Source: an uncultured virus (IMG/VR IMGVR_UViG_3300031250_000001) (Duplodnaviria > Heunggongvirae > Uroviricota > Caudoviricetes). Taken from it: DNA of 64,000 nucleotides. Made by a program: the position numbers and the translations under genes. How positions within the stretch are numbered: position 1 is the stretch's first letter; each line of letters starts with the position of its first letter. The notes beneath the pieces were generated by a model that worked only from the letters and a program-made list of their open reading frames with translations, ran no database searches and was not told where the DNA came from. The DNA is taken from the IMG/VR virus record IMGVR_UViG_3300031250_000001, one strand, 5' to 3'. Positions 1 to 9,516 of this stretch are shown here, one piece after another.

Positions 1-1194
1 ATTGCGGCGACGGCCAAGATTCAACGCAAAGGCGATGCGTGGGTGGTGCCCTCGCAGTCGCTCAACGGTACGTACACCGTCCGCAAGGGTGAGAGCGGTG
101 ATAGCTGCACCTGCCCCGACCATGAGTTGAGGCAGCAGCCGTGCAAACACATCTTCGCGGTCGAGTACGTGGAGAGGCGGGAGATGGCGGCGGATGGGAC
201 CGTGACCGAGACGCGTGCGGTCCGCGTCAGCTACACCCAAGAGTGGAGCAGCTACAACGCGGCGCAGACGACCGAAAAGGAACACTTCTGCAAGCTGCTG
301 CGCGACCTCGTGGCGAGCGTGCCGACACCCCAGCAGAAGGGTTCCGGCAATCGCCGCCTGCCGCTCTCGGAGGTGCTGTTCGCCGCCGCGTTCAAAGTCT
401 ACAGCGGGTTCAGCGGTCGCAGATTCATGACCGATCTTCGCCAGGCGCAGAGCGCCGGCCTGATCGACCACGCGCCGCACTACAACTCGATCTTTGACGC
501 GATGGAGTCCGAAGAGATCACGCCGATTCTGCACGGCCTGATTGAGCAGAGTAGCTTGCCGCTCAAAGAGATCGAACAGGACTTCGCCGTCGACTCGACC
601 GGCTTCGGCACCTGCACTTACTACCGCTACTACTCGGAGAAGTACGGTCACGAGCAGCTGGGCCGCGAATGGGTCAAGACGCACGCCTGCGTTGGCGTGA
701 AAACCAATGTCGTCACGGCGGTCTACATCGGCGAGAAGAACGAGCACGACGCGCCGCAGTTCCCTGCGCTGGTCGACGCGACCGCGCGCAACTTCACGAT
801 CAACGAAGTGAGCGCAGACAAGGCGTATAGCGGGCGCGGCAACCTTGAAGCGGTCGAGCGGCTGGGTGGAACCGCCTACATTCCGTTCAAATCCAACGCG
901 AAGGCCATTTCCAAGCACAACCGCCGCTCGGAAGTCTGGGAACGCCTGTTCCACTACTTCGCGTTCAACCGGGAAGAGTTTTGCGAGCACTACCACAAGC
1001 GCTCCAACGTCGAGGCGACGTTCAGCATGATTAAGCGCGTGTTCGGTGGCAGCGTGCGCGCCAAGACGCCAGTTGCGCAGAAAAACGAAGTGCTCTTGAA
1101 AATCATCTGCCACAATATCCGTGTGCTGATTCATGAGATGCACGAGCTAGGCATCGAGCCTACGTTCGCGGTTGGCCAGCAGAAGGTGGCGTGA
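1..1194 (+). CDS. SWIM Zn-finger + DDE transposase (IS5/IS4-like), 5' truncated by window
   Basis: Frame open from base 1; CTCPD...CKH SWIM motif; AVDSTG, SADKAY, YHKRSNVEATF DDE motifs. Confidence 0.9.
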   Translation: MAATAKIQRKGDAWVVPSQSLNGTYTVRKGESGDSCTCPDHELRQQPCKHIFAVEYVERREMAADGTVTETRAVRVSYTQEWSSYNAAQTTEKEHFCKLLRDLVASVPTPQQKGSGNRRLPLSEVLFAAAFKVYSGFSGRRFMTDLRQAQSAGLIDHAPHYNSIFDAMESEEITPILHGLIEQSSLPLKEIEQDFAVDSTGFGTCTYYRYYSEKYGHEQLGREWVKTHACVGVKTNVVTAVYIGEKNEHDAPQFPALVDATARNFTINEVSADKAYSGRGNLEAVERLGGTAYIPFKSNAKAISKHNRRSEVWERLFHYFAFNREEFCEHYHKRSNVEATFSMIKRVFGGSVRAKTPVAQKNEVLLKIICHNIRVLIHEMHELGIEPTFAVGQQKVA

Positions 1195-1418
1195 TAGGGG
1201 CACGAGGAAGTCGGATCAATGCCAAGCGTAGAGTCCAGTCCAGCTACCCGACAGGCGAGCCAGAGGCCGATCAACAATAGTCCGCCGCCCACCGCAAGCA
1301 CCAGTTTCCATTGGCGCCGATAAGTCGAAACGGCGATCAGGCCGACGCCCGCGCCAGTAAGAACGATGGAGAGGGCCAGCGCGCAAGCGACAGCTCGGTA
1401 CGAACGGGCAACCCTGCC

Positions 1419-2042
1419 ATGTGGAGAAAACGCCTGCGACCCTGGACGGCGCCGGCCGTGGTCGTCGCTGCTGTAGGACTGCCATTGCTTGTCATATCGA
1501 CGGCTAAAACCTGCGAACAAGCCGACATCGCCAAACGGGCCGAAGTCGAGAAGCATCGCGGAAAGATGGAATTCGCTGGAATGCAGATCCTCAGCGGAAC
1601 TCCGGGTTTCACTACGCCGCTCGAGATCGAGATCACCTTCCGAAACAACGGAGCGAGTACGGCCAAGGAGGCACACTTCTCCTTTAGCTATCTGATGGTC
1701 GACTCCTTCGCGCGCGAAACTCCCATTCCGATACCCACCGAAGATCACGGAGGCGATCGCGACATTGCGCCGCAGGCCGACTTCGTAAACGTCATCAGTG
1801 AGATCGGATCTGCGCTGCGGAGTGAGACCCCACCACCCAGTGCGGACCTCAGAAGAATCCAGCTTCTGGAAAATGGCGCAGTCAAAATCAGGCTGCGCGC
1901 GCGCGTCGACTATATCGCTGGATTGAATGAATCCGGCGGTCCGATCATGGAGTCGGCATCCGTCTGTCGTGACTTCAACTGGAAGTTTAACGATTGGTTG
2001 ACCTGCGAAGAACGAACCCCGGGGCTGCCGCCTATCCGATAG
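1419..2042 (+). CDS. hypothetical single-TM membrane protein (cargo)
   Basis: N-terminal TM then beta-rich domain (ITFRNNGASTAK); start uncertain (ORF open from 1311). Confidence 0.6.
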   Translation: MWRKRLRPWTAPAVVVAAVGLPLLVISTAKTCEQADIAKRAEVEKHRGKMEFAGMQILSGTPGFTTPLEIEITFRNNGASTAKEAHFSFSYLMVDSFARETPIPIPTEDHGGDRDIAPQADFVNVISEIGSALRSETPPPSADLRRIQLLENGAVKIRLRARVDYIAGLNESGGPIMESASVCRDFNWKFNDWLTCEERTPGLPPIR

Positions 2043-2366
2043 ATCCGACATCTCTTCTTTATGCGTTTCCAACGAACGGAGCGGCCATGTCTTGGCGGTG
2101 GCCAGGACCGCGGCGAACTCGGCGACCTCCGCGCCTATCCCAACGTCGACTATGGACGGGCGCTGACGGATGACGAGCGAAACTTGCTCGTCGGCGGAAT
2201 CGGAGATCAACCAAGTGACTGCGGCCACGGTAAGCAATGCGGCGAGCAGCAAGAAAAGAACACCGGACCAACGCCCGTGAATGCCGACAAGCCAGAACCC
2301 AAGATAAGCAATCGCAACAGCCAGTGCCACGGCCAGCACTGCGAAGGCCGTAGCCAGCGCGTCGGA

Positions 2367-3041
2367 ATGACGCCGTACCAGAAGTGGTCTTTGCTGCTGA
2401 GCGCGTTGACGTTTGTCGCTGCGGCCACTGCTGCCACAATCTACTTGGGGCAGCTGCGTTCGATGCGCGGAGCGGTCAAGCAAAGCACCTTCGCCAACGA
2501 ACAATCCATGAAGCAGTTCATCATGGAGCGGCAACCTTGGGTCGCATTCGAGAACTTGAGGAAAGAGGGCGAGTTTGTGGTCTTCGTCCCGGACCAGCCC
2601 CCACCGTCCCGGTCCGTTGCCGGAAAGATCGTCATCGGAGTTACGAACACCGGATCGACCCCAGCCATGGAACTCCACGGCATGGGTCAGGTCGCCGTAG
2701 CGCCCAAAGGTCAACCGCCGCCGCTGGTCTACCTGGACGACAGCGGCGCCCAGCTGGATAGTGGCATTATTGCGCCGCACCAAAAACTCCAGATCGCAGC
2801 ACCGACCATGTTTGGCATGTCCGGTTTCTTCACGAGGGACGATGCGGAGCGCCAGCTGGATGCGTTTGTTTACGGATACGCTTTCTACAGAGACCGCTTC
2901 CACGTTTGGTATTGTTCGCTCTTCTGCTCGCGCCTGATTCCCATATACGGCCCAGAGACAGAAACTCGCGCATGTGACCGCTATAATGAGATCTACGAAA
3001 TAACGTCGGACCGCCCATGCCCACCGCGTGCGGACTCCTAA
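2367..3041 (+). CDS. hypothetical single-TM membrane protein (cargo), same architecture as 1419-2042
   Basis: TM then RQPWV, VTNTGSTPA, VYGYAFYRD motifs; start uncertain (ORF open from 2061). Confidence 0.65.
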   Translation: MTPYQKWSLLLSALTFVAAATAATIYLGQLRSMRGAVKQSTFANEQSMKQFIMERQPWVAFENLRKEGEFVVFVPDQPPPSRSVAGKIVIGVTNTGSTPAMELHGMGQVAVAPKGQPPPLVYLDDSGAQLDSGIIAPHQKLQIAAPTMFGMSGFFTRDDAERQLDAFVYGYAFYRDRFHVWYCSLFCSRLIPIYGPETETRACDRYNEIYEITSDRPCPPRADS

Positions 3042-3196
3042 CGGCGGCTCGTCATCGCCGCCTACCTCGTTCGCTTGCGCAGTCTGCCCGCCAGAAATAT
3101 CGTTGCCCGGCAGAACGGAACTGTCGGGCAAAGCCGCCTCAACGGAACCGAAGGGCGACGCGCCGACACTGCGCGACGGTGCGGCGGGTGAGGTCG

Positions 3197-3880
3197 TCAT
3201 GCCGCCGCTCGCTTTGCGTCGAGCACGCGAAACGAGATGACCCAAACCCAGGAATTCGTCTCCCAGCTGTGGCCGCGCGCGGCGTTGATGGAGTCCCAGA
3301 GCTGGGAGAACGGGAGGCGGTAGCTCCAATGCCCCCCACGCCCAAGCGCCGGGTCGCACCACTTGCCATGCGCCGGCATCGGTTCGGCGATCCCTTCCGC
3401 CTTCGCGTCCGCTTCGCTGATGTCCTGCACGCGCTCGGCGCGCACCGACTCGACTTCGAGCGTGATGCGCGACGCTAGGCGGGGCAGATGAAACCCGGCG
3501 TGGCTGCCCCACTTCTGGCCGGTGATCGGGCGCAGCTCGCGCGGCGCGGGCTCCGTTGCGCCGTCGCGCTGTACCCACTCGTCATCGAACACTGCGAACC
3601 CATGGCCCGTGCCGTAGCCTTCGACTTCGGCGACGGTGTAGTGCTCGCGGACCCACAGCTGATCGCCCGTTGTGCCATAGGGGCAGCGCACCGGAATGAA
3701 TCCTGCCCGCCACGCCTCATTCACACGCGCGGACAAGCTCAGGTGATCGTGATCGGGGCAGCGCAGTGATTCTGCCGTGACGTTCGGCTGCGGCTTGATG
3801 GTGCGCCGCGTCTGCGTCTTGGTCCCGTCGAGAATCGCACGCACCATCGGCGCGCTGAACAGGATTGGCCGCTCTTTCAT
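3197..3880 (-). CDS. ASCH/PUA-like phage protein
   Basis: MKERPILFSAPMVRAILDGTKTQTRR N-terminus and W..N.WVWVISF C-terminus. Confidence 0.85.
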   Translation of the reverse strand: MKERPILFSAPMVRAILDGTKTQTRRTIKPQPNVTAESLRCPDHDHLSLSARVNEAWRAGFIPVRCPYGTTGDQLWVREHYTVAEVEGYGTGHGFAVFDDEWVQRDGATEPAPRELRPITGQKWGSHAGFHLPRLASRITLEVESVRAERVQDISEADAKAEGIAEPMPAHGKWCDPALGRGGHWSYRLPFSQLWDSINAARGHSWETNSWVWVISFRVLDAKRAAA

Positions 3881-3952
3881 GCCGCCCTCCTTCCGACCCC
3901 CAACCGCCGCACCCCCGACTGCACGAGCGCGACTTGGCGGAGAGCGTCGTGG

Positions 3953-4414
3953 TCACAGCACATCGCGAAACCGTCGCGTGTCGAAGATGCCGAGCGACGG
4001 GACGGCAAACGGAATGTCGCTGTCATCGTCGGCTGCGGGCATCGGCTCGGGCTCGCCACCGCCGCGCTGTTCACCACCATCGCGACCTTGCCCGCCACCC
4101 AGAAACTTCACCTCACGCGCAACGATCTCACTGATGTATTTCTTGTTCCCGTCCTTGTCGTCGTAGGTGCGATTCGAGATGCGCCCCTCAACGTACACTT
4201 GGCGACCTTTCGAGAGGTACTGGCCGCAGTGCTCTGCGGACTTGCCCCAGACGACGATGTTGTGCCAGCACGTCTCGGATTGCGCTTGACCCTGTTGGTC
4301 CTTCCACTTCTCGGTGGTTGCGACGGAGAACTTACATACCGCCTTGCCACTCGGCGTGAACTTCACTTCTGGGTCGCGGCCGAGATTGCCGATGAGCGTT
4401 GCGCGATTCACCAT
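3953..4414 (-). CDS. ssb: single-stranded DNA-binding protein
   Basis: VNRATLIGNLGRDPE, VYVEGRI, Gly-rich linker, DDDSDIPF. Confidence 0.95.
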   Translation of the reverse strand: MVNRATLIGNLGRDPEVKFTPSGKAVCKFSVATTEKWKDQQGQAQSETCWHNIVVWGKSAEHCGQYLSKGRQVYVEGRISNRTYDDKDGNKKYISEIVAREVKFLGGGQGRDGGEQRGGGEPEPMPAADDDSDIPFAVPSLGIFDTRRFRDVL

Positions 4415-4416
4415 GG

Positions 4417-5103
4417 TTACGCCGCCTTCCTCTCTTGCGGTTTCAGCACACCCGCCTTGACCGCGAGTGCATGCGTAACGTCCACGTCGCCCAAGCAGTA
4501 CGTCGCTAAGCCAACGCCATCTCTCGACGCGACCAGATCCGCGACCGACGAACCATCGCCGTGCGTCTTCGGCGAACCAACGCCGAGGCCCAAGCCGTAG
4601 ACCGCGAGCGGATACGTGCTACGCGGATCGCCGAAGCTCAGCCGGTGCATGACATCGATCGCCGGCCCCTCGTCCCATGGCCTCTGTCTTGCCGCTCGCA
4701 GAAGGATCGGCGCAGGCGCAATGCCGTGCCGCCACGAGCGCAGAATCAACAGCGGGATGTCGAAGCGGATCAGGTTGAAGCCGGCGAGCGTGCTGTAGCC
4801 GCCGAGGAGTCGGTTAATCGACGTGAGCAGATCCGCCTCGCCATCGCGTGGCATGACCGTCGCGTCGATGTTGGCGGTGGGCGCAATGTCGACCAGCGAG
4901 CTGTCGTATGTGACGATCCGATCGCCCGTATCCGCGTTGATCATCCCGACCAACACCACGCGCGCCAGCGCGGGACAGGTCGCGGCGTATTTTGCTACGT
5001 CCATGTTTCGCCCGATCGCGTACTCAACGATGGTCAGCGCGTCGGCTTCGCTCAGACCGCGGCTGTCGTAGATCGTCTCGGCATCGAGAATCAGGGTGGC
5101 CAT
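4417..5103 (-). CDS. DEDD 3'-5' exonuclease (PolB-exo/DnaQ-like)
   Basis: LILDAET, GFNLIRFDIP, YCLGDV motifs; start may lie further upstream in same frame. Confidence 0.8.
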   Translation of the reverse strand: MATLILDAETIYDSRGLSEADALTIVEYAIGRNMDVAKYAATCPALARVVLVGMINADTGDRIVTYDSSLVDIAPTANIDATVMPRDGEADLLTSINRLLGGYSTLAGFNLIRFDIPLLILRSWRHGIAPAPILLRAARQRPWDEGPAIDVMHRLSFGDPRSTYPLAVYGLGLGVGSPKTHGDGSSVADLVASRDGVGLATYCLGDVDVTHALAVKAGVLKPQERKAA

Positions 5104-5267
5104 GCGTCTCCGTTGGTTGGCCGCTGCAAACATTTCGTCTTGCGCGGCGTCCTGCGCATCATCGCGCGCTCTGTCGGCGTAGTAGCTTCCCATCGGGTCG
5201 TTGAATTCTCGCACCAGCGTTGCTCCGCGGAGCCGGTGCGGTAGCCCGTCCGCTCGGGCGTTGGTGG

Positions 5268-5999
5268 CTATCGTCTCGCTGCGGTTCGCAGGACGCTGTC
5301 TTCGACAACGACCACGCCCGGCACGGCCATTTGTTCGCCGAGCGCGGATGCGAGCTTGTTGAGCGCTACGCTGTTCGGCAGCAATAGGTTGACCCACTCG
5401 GGTCGCTCGGCCGCCGCACGAACTAAGACCGCCAGGTCAACCGAAGCGACCTTGAACTTCTTGACGAACGAGACGCCGGCCACCGCACGAGGGGGCGGCG
5501 CCGCGACCGGTACATGCGGCACCGGTTGCGGCGTCTTGCCTTCGACGATCCGCTCGGCCAGCATCTTGTCGCCGGCAGCTTCAGCCTCTACCGCCCGCGC
5601 CAAGCGGTCCTCTTCCATCAGGCGCTGCCGCTCTCGCTCGGCGGCCTGCTCGGCTTCACGGCGACGACGCTGCTGCTCGATGTGCCATGCGCGGAGCTTG
5701 TCGCCGAGCACGCGCTCGGGATCGGCGAAGCGCGACAGCGCTTCCGCTCGCCGCGTGGTCAGCGCCTTATGTGCGCGGTGCGCGGCTTCGACTGGTTCGC
5801 GAAACCACTCTTCGATTCCCTTGCGCCGCTCGACGATCTCGTTGCGAAACTCCGCTGCGACATCCGCCGCCTCGTCGCAGTCGATGACCAGAGCATTCGC
5901 TTGTTGAAGCAGCGAGCCAGCCTCTGCGTCGGCTTGCTGCTCGACCGTCGCGAGCTGGGTCTCGTCGACCAGCTCAGCTGTTGCAGTTGCGGGGGGCAT
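5268..5999 (-). CDS. coiled-coil hypothetical phage protein of recombination module
   Basis: Ala/Glu/Arg-rich helical ORF between nuclease and exonuclease. Confidence 0.7.
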   Translation of the reverse strand: MPPATATAELVDETQLATVEQQADAEAGSLLQQANALVIDCDEAADVAAEFRNEIVERRKGIEEWFREPVEAAHRAHKALTTRRAEALSRFADPERVLGDKLRAWHIEQQRRRREAEQAAERERQRLMEEDRLARAVEAEAAGDKMLAERIVEGKTPQPVPHVPVAAPPPRAVAGVSFVKKFKVASVDLAVLVRAAAERPEWVNLLLPNSVALNKLASALGEQMAVPGVVVVEDSVLRTAARR

Positions 6000-6627
6000 A
6001 ATGCTCCTTCCAGTGCCGCAGGATTGCGGCGGTATCGTCAGTGCCCTCGCCGCGCGCCTCGTAGAGGGCGGCAAGGAACGTGGCGTCAGCGGCGGGTATA
6101 GCCGCCGGCACCAAACGGTAACGTCCAGTGCGCTGCAGGTGCAGCGCAAAGCGCTCCGCGCCGCGCCAGGCGGGCTCAAGCGCCTCGATCAAGGGCGCAT
6201 AGCCAGCCGCCTGCAGGGCGGCCGTAGGGACATCCAGCGTCCACAGCGTCTTGCGATCGAGCAGGGCAAAGCGCCCATTGAGATCGCCCCAGACATCCGG
6301 CGTACCGGCATAGCCGAGCACGTCGTCGTACAGCGCCAGCTCGGTGCCCATGGCGCGGAAACCCGTATCGGTAATGAACGCTCGGTAGCCGTCTACATAT
6401 GGGCGGATCTCATCGGCGATCGTGGTCTCGTCAAGGTCGTCTTCATCAACCATCCGGCACGCCGCATGGACCGCAACGCCGACCTGGCGCTTGTGCTCCA
6501 GAATCGCCGGCGGGACCATGCTGTAGTCGGTGCCGAGCGCCGCCGCCTGCAGGATCTGCGTGACCGACGGCAAGCGCCGGCCATCGAGATAGTAGGCGTG
6601 CTCGGCTGGATCGAAAACGAACCCCAT
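5974..6627 (-). CDS. PD-(D/E)XK exonuclease (RecE/Cas4-like fold)
   Basis: H.YYLDG..LPSVTQIL, G.AVH, YAGTPD, LLDRKT, QAAGY motifs. Confidence 0.85.
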   Translation of the reverse strand: MGFVFDPAEHAYYLDGRRLPSVTQILQAAALGTDYSMVPPAILEHKRQVGVAVHAACRMVDEDDLDETTIADEIRPYVDGYRAFITDTGFRAMGTELALYDDVLGYAGTPDVWGDLNGRFALLDRKTLWTLDVPTAALQAAGYAPLIEALEPAWRGAERFALHLQRTGRYRLVPAAIPAADATFLAALYEARGEGTDDTAAILRHWKEHYAPRNCNS

Positions 6628-6629
6628 CG

Positions 6630-7892
6630 CTATGCCGCCGGGCGGTCCTCGCTGAGCGGCGCCATATCGGAGAGGCGCTTGCGGATGGCTTCGAAGTCGC
6701 CGCGCGCAATGTCGGTGGTATCGGCGATGCCGTGATGTTTCTGCAGCCAGGCTCCGACATCCGCGTCGCTGTGACCAGCTCGGCGATAGGCGGCGAAGAG
6801 CGCTTTCCGCATCGGCTCGGCGATCTTGTCGCCGCCGTTGCCGTTGGATCGTGATGGCGACTTCACTGTTGCAGCGAGCGCCGTGCGCAGTGCGTCGGCC
6901 GCTCGGTCCGCCTGCTGCGCGGTGATGGAGCTGATGTCGGTTGCGCCGCCGGTTGCCTGCTCGAAGATGCGCATCCACGCGCCAGGATTATGCGCTTCGA
7001 GCTGGTCGATCAGCACGTTGACGGTGGCTGTCTGCTCATCGCTGGCGGCTTCGCCGGTATCGACTTCCGCTTCGGGGTGAAATTCCTGCGCGATCTCGGC
7101 CTGCTCTTCCGGCGTTTCGTCGAGTGCCGGCGGGGCGAGCAGGGCCTGATAGCCAATGGACGCGCGCACCTTCGCACGCATCTGCGACGCGGCGATTGCG
7201 TCGCGCTGTACGGCCTGGATGTCGGCCGCCCGCAGCTCGACGTGACAGCAGTAGACCGTCGACGCTGGCGCATCGGGCGGCGCGACATCGATCGGCTCCA
7301 GCTTTAGCATCAGCGGAATGCCGCAGAGCGTGCCGCAAATACCCTGAATCTGCTGCAGACTGCCGATCATGCGCTGAATGGAAATCAGCGATGTGGTGCG
7401 CCACTTGTAGACGGAGCCGGCGACGGCCCGGCCGGGGACGCGGATCGAGCAGTGCAGCGTGCCGTGTGGCTTGCATGTCATCTTTCCCTTGGCGCCCAGA
7501 AATTCACACGGGCACTTGAGCTCGCTGGTGGCGCCGGTCCATTCGTTGCCGCGCATCTCCTTACGGATCGCGTGCTCGCCGTCACCACGGCAGAAAAGCT
7601 TCTTGCCGCTATAGAGGGCATAGGTAGTCGGAAAGACGTTCTCGATCTCGTCGTCGTGCAGCACGATGGGCAATTCGCGCACCTTGCCGTCTTGGTCGGT
7701 CGCCAACTCGGCCATCAGCGCCTCGTCGACAATCAGGTCGCCGGCTCCATCGCGCCGCGTCGTGGTGATGGTGAAAAAGTCGTGCTTCACCGGCAGCCGA
7801 TAGTTGCCGTTGCTACCCTTGCGGGTTTCGCCGAGGCCGCCGATCTTAATCTTGCCGCCCTCGGCGAGCGTGGGGATGAGTCCCTTAATCAC
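6630..7892 (-). CDS. Gp3-like ('recombination directionality factor-like') protein
   Basis: GKIKIG..GE.RK, P.KHDFF, LFCRGDG, CPC..CKPHG.L, YKWRTTS motifs recalled for this family. Confidence 0.7.
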   Translation of the reverse strand: MIKGLIPTLAEGGKIKIGGLGETRKGSNGNYRLPVKHDFFTITTTRRDGAGDLIVDEALMAELATDQDGKVRELPIVLHDDEIENVFPTTYALYSGKKLFCRGDGEHAIRKEMRGNEWTGATSELKCPCEFLGAKGKMTCKPHGTLHCSIRVPGRAVAGSVYKWRTTSLISIQRMIGSLQQIQGICGTLCGIPLMLKLEPIDVAPPDAPASTVYCCHVELRAADIQAVQRDAIAASQMRAKVRASIGYQALLAPPALDETPEEQAEIAQEFHPEAEVDTGEAASDEQTATVNVLIDQLEAHNPGAWMRIFEQATGGATDISSITAQQADRAADALRTALAATVKSPSRSNGNGGDKIAEPMRKALFAAYRRAGHSDADVGAWLQKHHGIADTTDIARGDFEAIRKRLSDMAPLSEDRPAA

Positions 7893-7984
7893 GTGAATCT
7901 CCTTTCGCTATTGGTTGGTCGGCCCATCCGCATTCACCTCAACCCCATTTCCGAACATCGGGCGCGCTGTTCGGCGGTGAGCAT

Positions 7985-8278
7985 CTACGCCGCCGCTCCG
8001 GTCCTGCGCCCTACTGCATCGACAAAGCGCGCCACCGTCTCGCCCGTGATGGTCTGCGACACAATGCCGTTGCGGTGCGGGGCGAATATCATCGCGGCAA
8101 AGGCGACGGCGGCGCCGTACTCCGGGTCGCGGCCGGTGTAGTCGCACAGGATGGCCAGCGCGGCGGCGATTAGTGAATCGCCCTCGGTCGCTAGGTCGCG
8201 GTGTTCGGTCCCGATGCGCGTGATCTTCAGCGGTGTCCACGCGATGCCAGGCAGGAGGGTAACGACGTAGGCGAGCAT
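7985..8278 (-). CDS. hypothetical protein
   Basis: ORF with RBS, tightly packed in leftward operon. Confidence 0.6.
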   Translation of the reverse strand: MLAYVVTLLPGIAWTPLKITRIGTEHRDLATEGDSLIAAALAILCDYTGRDPEYGAAVAFAAMIFAPHRNGIVSQTITGETVARFVDAVGRRTGAAA

Positions 8279-8279
8279 C

Positions 8280-8495
8280 CTACTTCCCCTCCTCGCGCTG
8301 CGCGTCGCGGGCCAGGAGCATGGCGTCGGCGTACTGATACGCGCTTGCCGCGAATTCGGCCGGCGGGCCGCCCAGGTTCGGGTCCGCGAGCAACCCCGTC
8401 AGCGCGGCGGCGGCGAACTTGTCCCGCATTTCGGCGAGGTAGTTGCGGCGCAAGAATTCGATGCGCGCCTCAAGCTCGATCATGTCGGTCGCCAT
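8280..8495 (-). CDS. hypothetical phage protein
   Basis: MRDKFAAAALTGLLA...AYQYADAML motif common in small phage early proteins. Confidence 0.75.
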   Translation of the reverse strand: MATDMIELEARIEFLRRNYLAEMRDKFAAAALTGLLADPNLGGPPAEFAASAYQYADAMLLARDAQREEGK

Positions 8496-8702
8496 CTACG
8501 CCGCCTCCCCACGCATCGCGTCGACCGCCTCGCCCAACCGCTCGACGCGGGTCACGATGCCGTGCGATTGCAGCAGCATGCCCGGCGTCAACTGATCGGC
8601 GCGCAGGCGTTCATAAATGTCGCCCTTCAAGACGCGCACGAATTCGGCGGCGTCGTGCGTACTGAGGCGCGGACAGATCTTGCCGCAGTGGATGCGCAGC
8701 AT
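8496..8702 (-). CDS. hypothetical protein
   Basis: GGAGG RBS, abutting ORFs. Confidence 0.6.
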   Translation of the reverse strand: MLRIHCGKICPRLSTHDAAEFVRVLKGDIYERLRADQLTPGMLLQSHGIVTRVERLGEAVDAMRGEAA

Positions 8703-8714
8703 GTTAGCCTCCGA

Positions 8715-9158
8715 TCAGTGGAACTTGACAACGCCGCCACGAGCAGCCGCCTCAAACGCGCGACGCCACTCGCGATAGCGGGCGAGCCAGTAGCCGCTCT
8801 CTTCGCCGAGGGTTGCGGCGAACGCCTCCGCGCGCTCCGCCCAGTCGGCGAAGTCTTTAGCCAGCTTGGCGCTCGTCTTCGGCCCGATGAAGCCTTCGCA
8901 GTCGCTGAAGTTGATCAGCTCGCCGAAGGTATTACCGCCAACGGCTAGTCGTCGCAGATTCGCGCGCCACCAGTTGTAGCCGCTGTACGATCCAGCGCGG
9001 AAATGCTGCTCGCTGCCCGCGCGGTAAATTCCCGGCGCGATCCCGTCGCCGTGTGCGGGGAAATCCGGATTGTGCAGCCAGAGCCCGTCACCGTCGTATT
9101 CCGCGCTCAGCGGTCCGACGTACGTCAGTGAATCGCAATAGGAGATGTCGAGCCCCAT
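8715..9158 (-). CDS. hypothetical phage protein
   Basis: MGLDI start with GGAGG RBS; FRAGSYSGYN.WR, LINFSDCEG motifs. Confidence 0.75.
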   Translation of the reverse strand: MGLDISYCDSLTYVGPLSAEYDGDGLWLHNPDFPAHGDGIAPGIYRAGSEQHFRAGSYSGYNWWRANLRRLAVGGNTFGELINFSDCEGFIGPKTSAKLAKDFADWAERAEAFAATLGEESGYWLARYREWRRAFEAAARGGVVKFH

Positions 9159-9159
9159 A

Positions 9160-9516
9160 TTACCTCCCGAACGAGAGCACCGGCGCCCAGCAGCAGAGCG
9201 CGGCGCCGAGTAGGATGGCGGTGACGGTGAGGAGGTCGACGACGATGGAGCCGGATTCGCCGCCGAGGTCGACATCACTCAAGTCGTCCAGATGGTCGCA
9301 GCTCTCCGTCGCTTCCCCGCTGACCTCGCACACCGCCTCTTGCTCCAACGCCTCACGCCCAGCGGCACTGAGTTCGAGCCCGTGTGCGCCGGTACGCAGG
9401 AGTCCGCGAAGGAGCAGGTTCGCGCGCTGTGCCCCGGTCGGCGCGTTGGTGAAATCGGGGTTGCTGCGGTCGCGGAACCAACGCAGCGCGGTCAAGTCGG
9501 TCATGGAAATCACCAT
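9160..9516 (-). CDS. hypothetical protein with C-terminal TM
   Basis: Packed ORF, hydrophobic C-terminus. Confidence 0.5.
   Translation of the reverse strand: MVISMTDLTALRWFRDRSNPDFTNAPTGAQRANLLLRGLLRTGAHGLELSAAGREALEQEAVCEVSGEATESCDHLDDLSDVDLGGESGSIVVDLLTVTAILLGAALCCWAPVLSFGR

Larger units (their letters stand above)
1..3135 (+). mobile_element. putative IS5-like transposon with two cargo genes; right end ~3135, left end outside window
   Basis: Minus strand from 3135 reads GGCTTTGCCCGACAG, resembling the GGCTTTG end of IS903-group elements; block is oriented against the phage leftward operon and appears to cut an ORF starting at 3200; no second IR or TSD visible. Confidence 0.45.
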
